DNA of 64,000 nt. Origin: Candidatus Binataceae bacterium (GTDB lineage: Bacteria > Desulfobacterota > Binatia > Binatales > Binataceae). Made by a program: the position numbers and the translations under genes. Shown here piece after piece: positions 59,254-64,000 of the stretch. Numbering within the stretch: the first letter of the stretch is position 1; the number at the start of each line of letters is the position of its first letter. Location: positions 6,989 through 70,988 of the forward strand of contig DASXFX010000063.1 in assembly GCA_036489375.1 (NCBI GenBank). The letters run 5' to 3'. The notes beneath the pieces were generated by a model. That model made no database searches. It had not been told where the DNA came from and worked only from the letters and a program-made list of their open reading frames with translations.

Positions 59254-61155
59254 TCAGTCCTCCAGTGCGCGCGCGATCCTGGTCGTCAATTCGTTCACCT
59301 TGAACGGACGGCCCTGGATCTTGTTGAAGCCGATGGCGTCAACCAGATAGTCGGCGCGCACCAGCTTCAGAAGTTGCCCCAGGTTCATTTCGGGGACCAG
59401 CACTTTCTTGAATTTGCGGAGCTGGTCGCCGAGATCGCTCGGGAGCGGATTCAAATAACGGACGTGAATATGCGAGACCTTCTTGCCCTTCTCGCGCATC
59501 TGCTTGACCGCCTCGCGCAGCGAACCGAAGGTGGAACCCCATCCGAGGACCACCAGATCGCCGCCATCGGCGTCGCCAAATATCTCCGTCGGCGGAATTT
59601 CGCGAGCGATACCCGCGACCTTGCGCGCGCGCGTCCGCACCATCAATTCGTTGTTGGCGGGCGAATAGCTCACGTTGCCGGTCACGTCCTCGCTTGAGAG
59701 GCCGCCGATGCGGTGCTCGAGACCGGGCGTGCCAGGAACCGCCCACGGACGGGCCAGGGTCTTGGGGTCGCGTTTGTAGGGCATGAAGCCGTTAGGATCG
59801 GTCGCGAGTTCGACGGTGATCTTCGGTAGCTTGCTCACGTCGGGCAGCAGCCACGGCTCGGAACCGTTGGCGAGCTGATTGTCAGTCAGCAAAATCACCG
59901 GGGTCATGTACTTGGTCGCGAGTCTGACGGCCTCGTAGGCACAATCGAAGCAGTCGGCGGGCGTGGAGGCCGCGATCACCGGAATCGGCGATTCGCCGTG
60001 GCGTCCATACAGCGCCATCAGGAGATCGGCCTGCTCCGGCTTGGTCGGCATGCCGGTTGACGGGCCCGCGCGCTGCACGTCGGCAATTACCATCGGCAAC
60101 TCGGTCTTGACCGCGAGACCCACCGCCTCGGCCTTGAGATTCATCCCCGGGCCCGAAGTCGTTGTGATCGCAATCGCGCCGCCGAAGGCAGCACCGATTG
60201 CGGAGGTAACGCCTGCGATCTCGTCCTCGGCCTGGAAGGTGTAAACCGGGAAGTTCTTGTAACTCGCGAGCTCATGCAAAATGTCGCTCGCGGGAGTAAT
60301 CGGATACGAGCCCAGAAACAATGGACGTCCGGCACTCGCCGCCGCTGCCACAAAGCCCAAGGCCGTCGCGCTGTTGCCGGTAATATTGCGATAGAGGCCT
60401 GGGAGGATCTTCGCGGCTGGCACTTCGTACGAGCTCGCGAACATCTCGGTGGTATCGCCGTAATTGTAGCCTGCTTTCAGCGCCATCAGATTGGCCGCCA
60501 ACAGTTCCGGGGTCTTTTTGAAGCGCCCTTCGAGCCATCGTTCCGTGCTCTCGACCGGCCGTTGATAAAGCCACGAGAGCATCCCGAGCACAAACAGATT
60601 CCGGCAGCGGAAAACCGCGCGGTTGTTGAGTCCGGTGCTGTGCAGCGCCAGCGTCGTCAGTTTGGTGACGTCAACCTGGAATACCTGAAATTTGTCGAGC
60701 GAATGATCGGTGAGAGGATTCGAGGTGTAGCCCGCCCGCTTGAGATTGGCCTCGCTAAAGGCCTCGCGGTCCACGATCAGCACGCCATTGGGCGGCAGGT
60801 CGTCGATATTGGCTTTGAGTGCCGCCGGATTCATAGCGACCAGCACATTAGGCTCGTCGCCGGCGGTGAAGACCTCGCGGCTGGAAAAATTGAGCTGAAA
60901 TCCGCTAACGCCGGCCAGCGTGCCCGCAGGGGCTCGGATTTCAGCCGGAAAGTCCGGCAAGGTCGCGATATCGTTGCCAGCAATTGCCGATTCGGCGGTA
61001 AATTGCATTCCCGCCAACTGCATGCCGTCACCCGAATCTCCGGCAAATCTGATTACGACGCTGTCGCGGCGTACCCCCGGCTTGTGTGCGGCGCTGCCGC
61101 CGCCCAGTCCCGAGGACTCGACGGCGTGCCCGGCCGCCTCAGGTGGTAGAGCCAT
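59254..61155 (-). CDS. korA: 2-oxoacid:ferredoxin oxidoreductase alpha subunit
   Basis: VIRFAGDSGDGMQLAG N-terminal signature. The start is at the ATG after AAGGAG. Confidence 0.9.
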   Translation of the reverse strand: MALPPEAAGHAVESSGLGGGSAAHKPGVRRDSVVIRFAGDSGDGMQLAGMQFTAESAIAGNDIATLPDFPAEIRAPAGTLAGVSGFQLNFSSREVFTAGDEPNVLVAMNPAALKANIDDLPPNGVLIVDREAFSEANLKRAGYTSNPLTDHSLDKFQVFQVDVTKLTTLALHSTGLNNRAVFRCRNLFVLGMLSWLYQRPVESTERWLEGRFKKTPELLAANLMALKAGYNYGDTTEMFASSYEVPAAKILPGLYRNITGNSATALGFVAAAASAGRPLFLGSYPITPASDILHELASYKNFPVYTFQAEDEIAGVTSAIGAAFGGAIAITTTSGPGMNLKAEAVGLAVKTELPMVIADVQRAGPSTGMPTKPEQADLLMALYGRHGESPIPVIAASTPADCFDCAYEAVRLATKYMTPVILLTDNQLANGSEPWLLPDVSKLPKITVELATDPNGFMPYKRDPKTLARPWAVPGTPGLEHRIGGLSSEDVTGNVSYSPANNELMVRTRARKVAGIAREIPPTEIFGDADGGDLVVLGWGSTFGSLREAVKQMREKGKKVSHIHVRYLNPLPSDLGDQLRKFKKVLVPEMNLGQLLKLVRADYLVDAIGFNKIQGRPFKVNELTTRIARALED

Positions 61156-61289
61156 TTCAGTCTCACTCCTTGTTCGCAATCATCCCCGTCGCGGGCAAGT
61201 CTCCCTGCGATGAAGACCGCATAAACGTTGTATGATCTAATAAACTATAGCTAACCACCCTTCCAAGTAAAAGAGTGTTCTCGATAGCC

Positions 61290-61577
61290 TCACATAACCT
61301 GGAACTCATTGAAGTTTTCTAATGTCTGGCCCCACTCGACCTGAACCTCTTCGACGTGCGCCGCAGACGGTCCTCGATGTGCCCAGGCAACCATCGTTTC
61401 GAGCACCGCGCGATCACCCTCGGCAACAATCTCGACGGTACCATCGTCAAGATTGCGCGCGTAGCCGCCGATCCCAAGCACGCGGGCCTGCGCCGCCGCG
61501 GCGCCACGAAAAAATACTCCTTGGACGCGGCCGCTCACGACCAGCCGCAGATGCGCATGACGATCCGCGTCGCGCAT
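61290..61577 (-). CDS. acyP: acylphosphatase
   Basis: VSGRVQGVFFR and GYARNLDDGTVE motifs. Confidence 0.85.
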   Translation of the reverse strand: MRDADRHAHLRLVVSGRVQGVFFRGAAAAQARVLGIGGYARNLDDGTVEIVAEGDRAVLETMVAWAHRGPSAAHVEEVQVEWGQTLENFNEFQVM

Positions 61578-61582
61578 CGAGC

Positions 61583-63667
<2,085 letters not shown>

Positions 63668-63714
63668 TCAAACGAAGCATTTTTCAGCCAAGTTACTTGA
63701 TTCAGCCAGGCTAC

Positions 63715-64000
63715 TTAGCGGCTGGCGCCCATCGCATCGAGGAAATCGTCCAGCGTCGGAAATCGCATATACATATTGTGACGCTTCTGATCCGCGATCG
63801 TAGTGCGCGATTCCGAGGAGTAGGCGTGCCCCGGATACACCACGGTCGCATCGTCGAGATTCTTCAGCGTATGGTTCAGGCTGTGATACATGGCCTCCGG
63901 ATCCGATCCCGGCAGATCCACCCGCCCGCAGGAATTCACGAATAGTGTATCGCCCGAGATGAGATTGCCCTCGACCAGGAAACATTGCGATCCGGGCGTA
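63715..64000 (-). CDS. MBL-fold metallo-hydrolase (glyoxalase II-like), C-terminal part; the 5' end lies outside the window
   Basis: GHAYSSES / HxxPGH-type C-terminal MBL motifs. The reading frame remains open to the window edge. Confidence 0.65.
   Translation of the reverse strand, partial: TPGSQCFLVEGNLISGDTLFVNSCGRVDLPGSDPEAMYHSLNHTLKNLDDATVVYPGHAYSSESRTTIADQKRHNMYMRFPTLDDFLDAMGASR

Overview
This is a GC-rich bacterial chromosomal segment, densely coding on both strands. It carries both sigma-54 machinery and F420/deazaflavin-type enzymes; that combination argues against Actinobacteria and fits an uncultivated high-GC lineage, but taxonomy cannot be settled from sequence alone.

In window order the content is:
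- The 3' end of an error-prone DnaE2-type polymerase, a PEP-mutase/isocitrate-lyase family enzyme, AlkA, and a crotonase.
- A catabolic-looking block: two SDRs, a SAM methyltransferase, an amidohydrolase, a cytochrome c and an LLM-class flavin/F420 oxidoreductase.
- A visibly lower-GC island encoding a putative metal (copper) module: DUF2318-like CxxC membrane protein, small membrane protein, secreted beta-rich protein with N-terminal His, CopC and CopD.
- glyA and an FprA-like flavoprotein.
- An uppP locus where a low-GC complete uppP sits directly behind the 37-codon high-GC remnant of a second uppP.
- CDGSH Fe-S protein, EamA transporter, and an ArnT/PMT-like glycosyltransferase with a repetitive Pro/Ser/Thr tail.
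- A MarR / SnoaL / deazaflavin-nitroreductase trio, a Sir2 deacylase, a thioredoxin-like protein and two tandem alpha/beta hydrolases.
- mocA-xdhC molybdenum-cofactor maturation genes next to a sensor-less sigma-54 activator, and Bcp.
- A compact Tad/Flp pilus module (TPR, tadC, tadB, cpaF, cpaE) whose 59-aa Flp pilin gene is below the ORF-track threshold and was found by hand, followed by a BNR/Asp-box secreted protein.
- A class III PHA synthase cluster (phasin, phaC, phaE/R-like, divergent Crp).
- gloA translationally coupled to an orphan UPF0175 antitoxin-like gene, an acyl-CoA dehydrogenase, and an MsrPQ-like Mo-enzyme/cytochrome b pair.
- A biotin-carrier plus carboxyltransferase pair, korAB (2-oxoacid:ferredoxin oxidoreductase), acylphosphatase, ligA and a partial MBL-fold hydrolase.

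No rRNA, tRNA or CRISPR array could be supported. Most antisense ORFs in the track are GC-driven artefacts.
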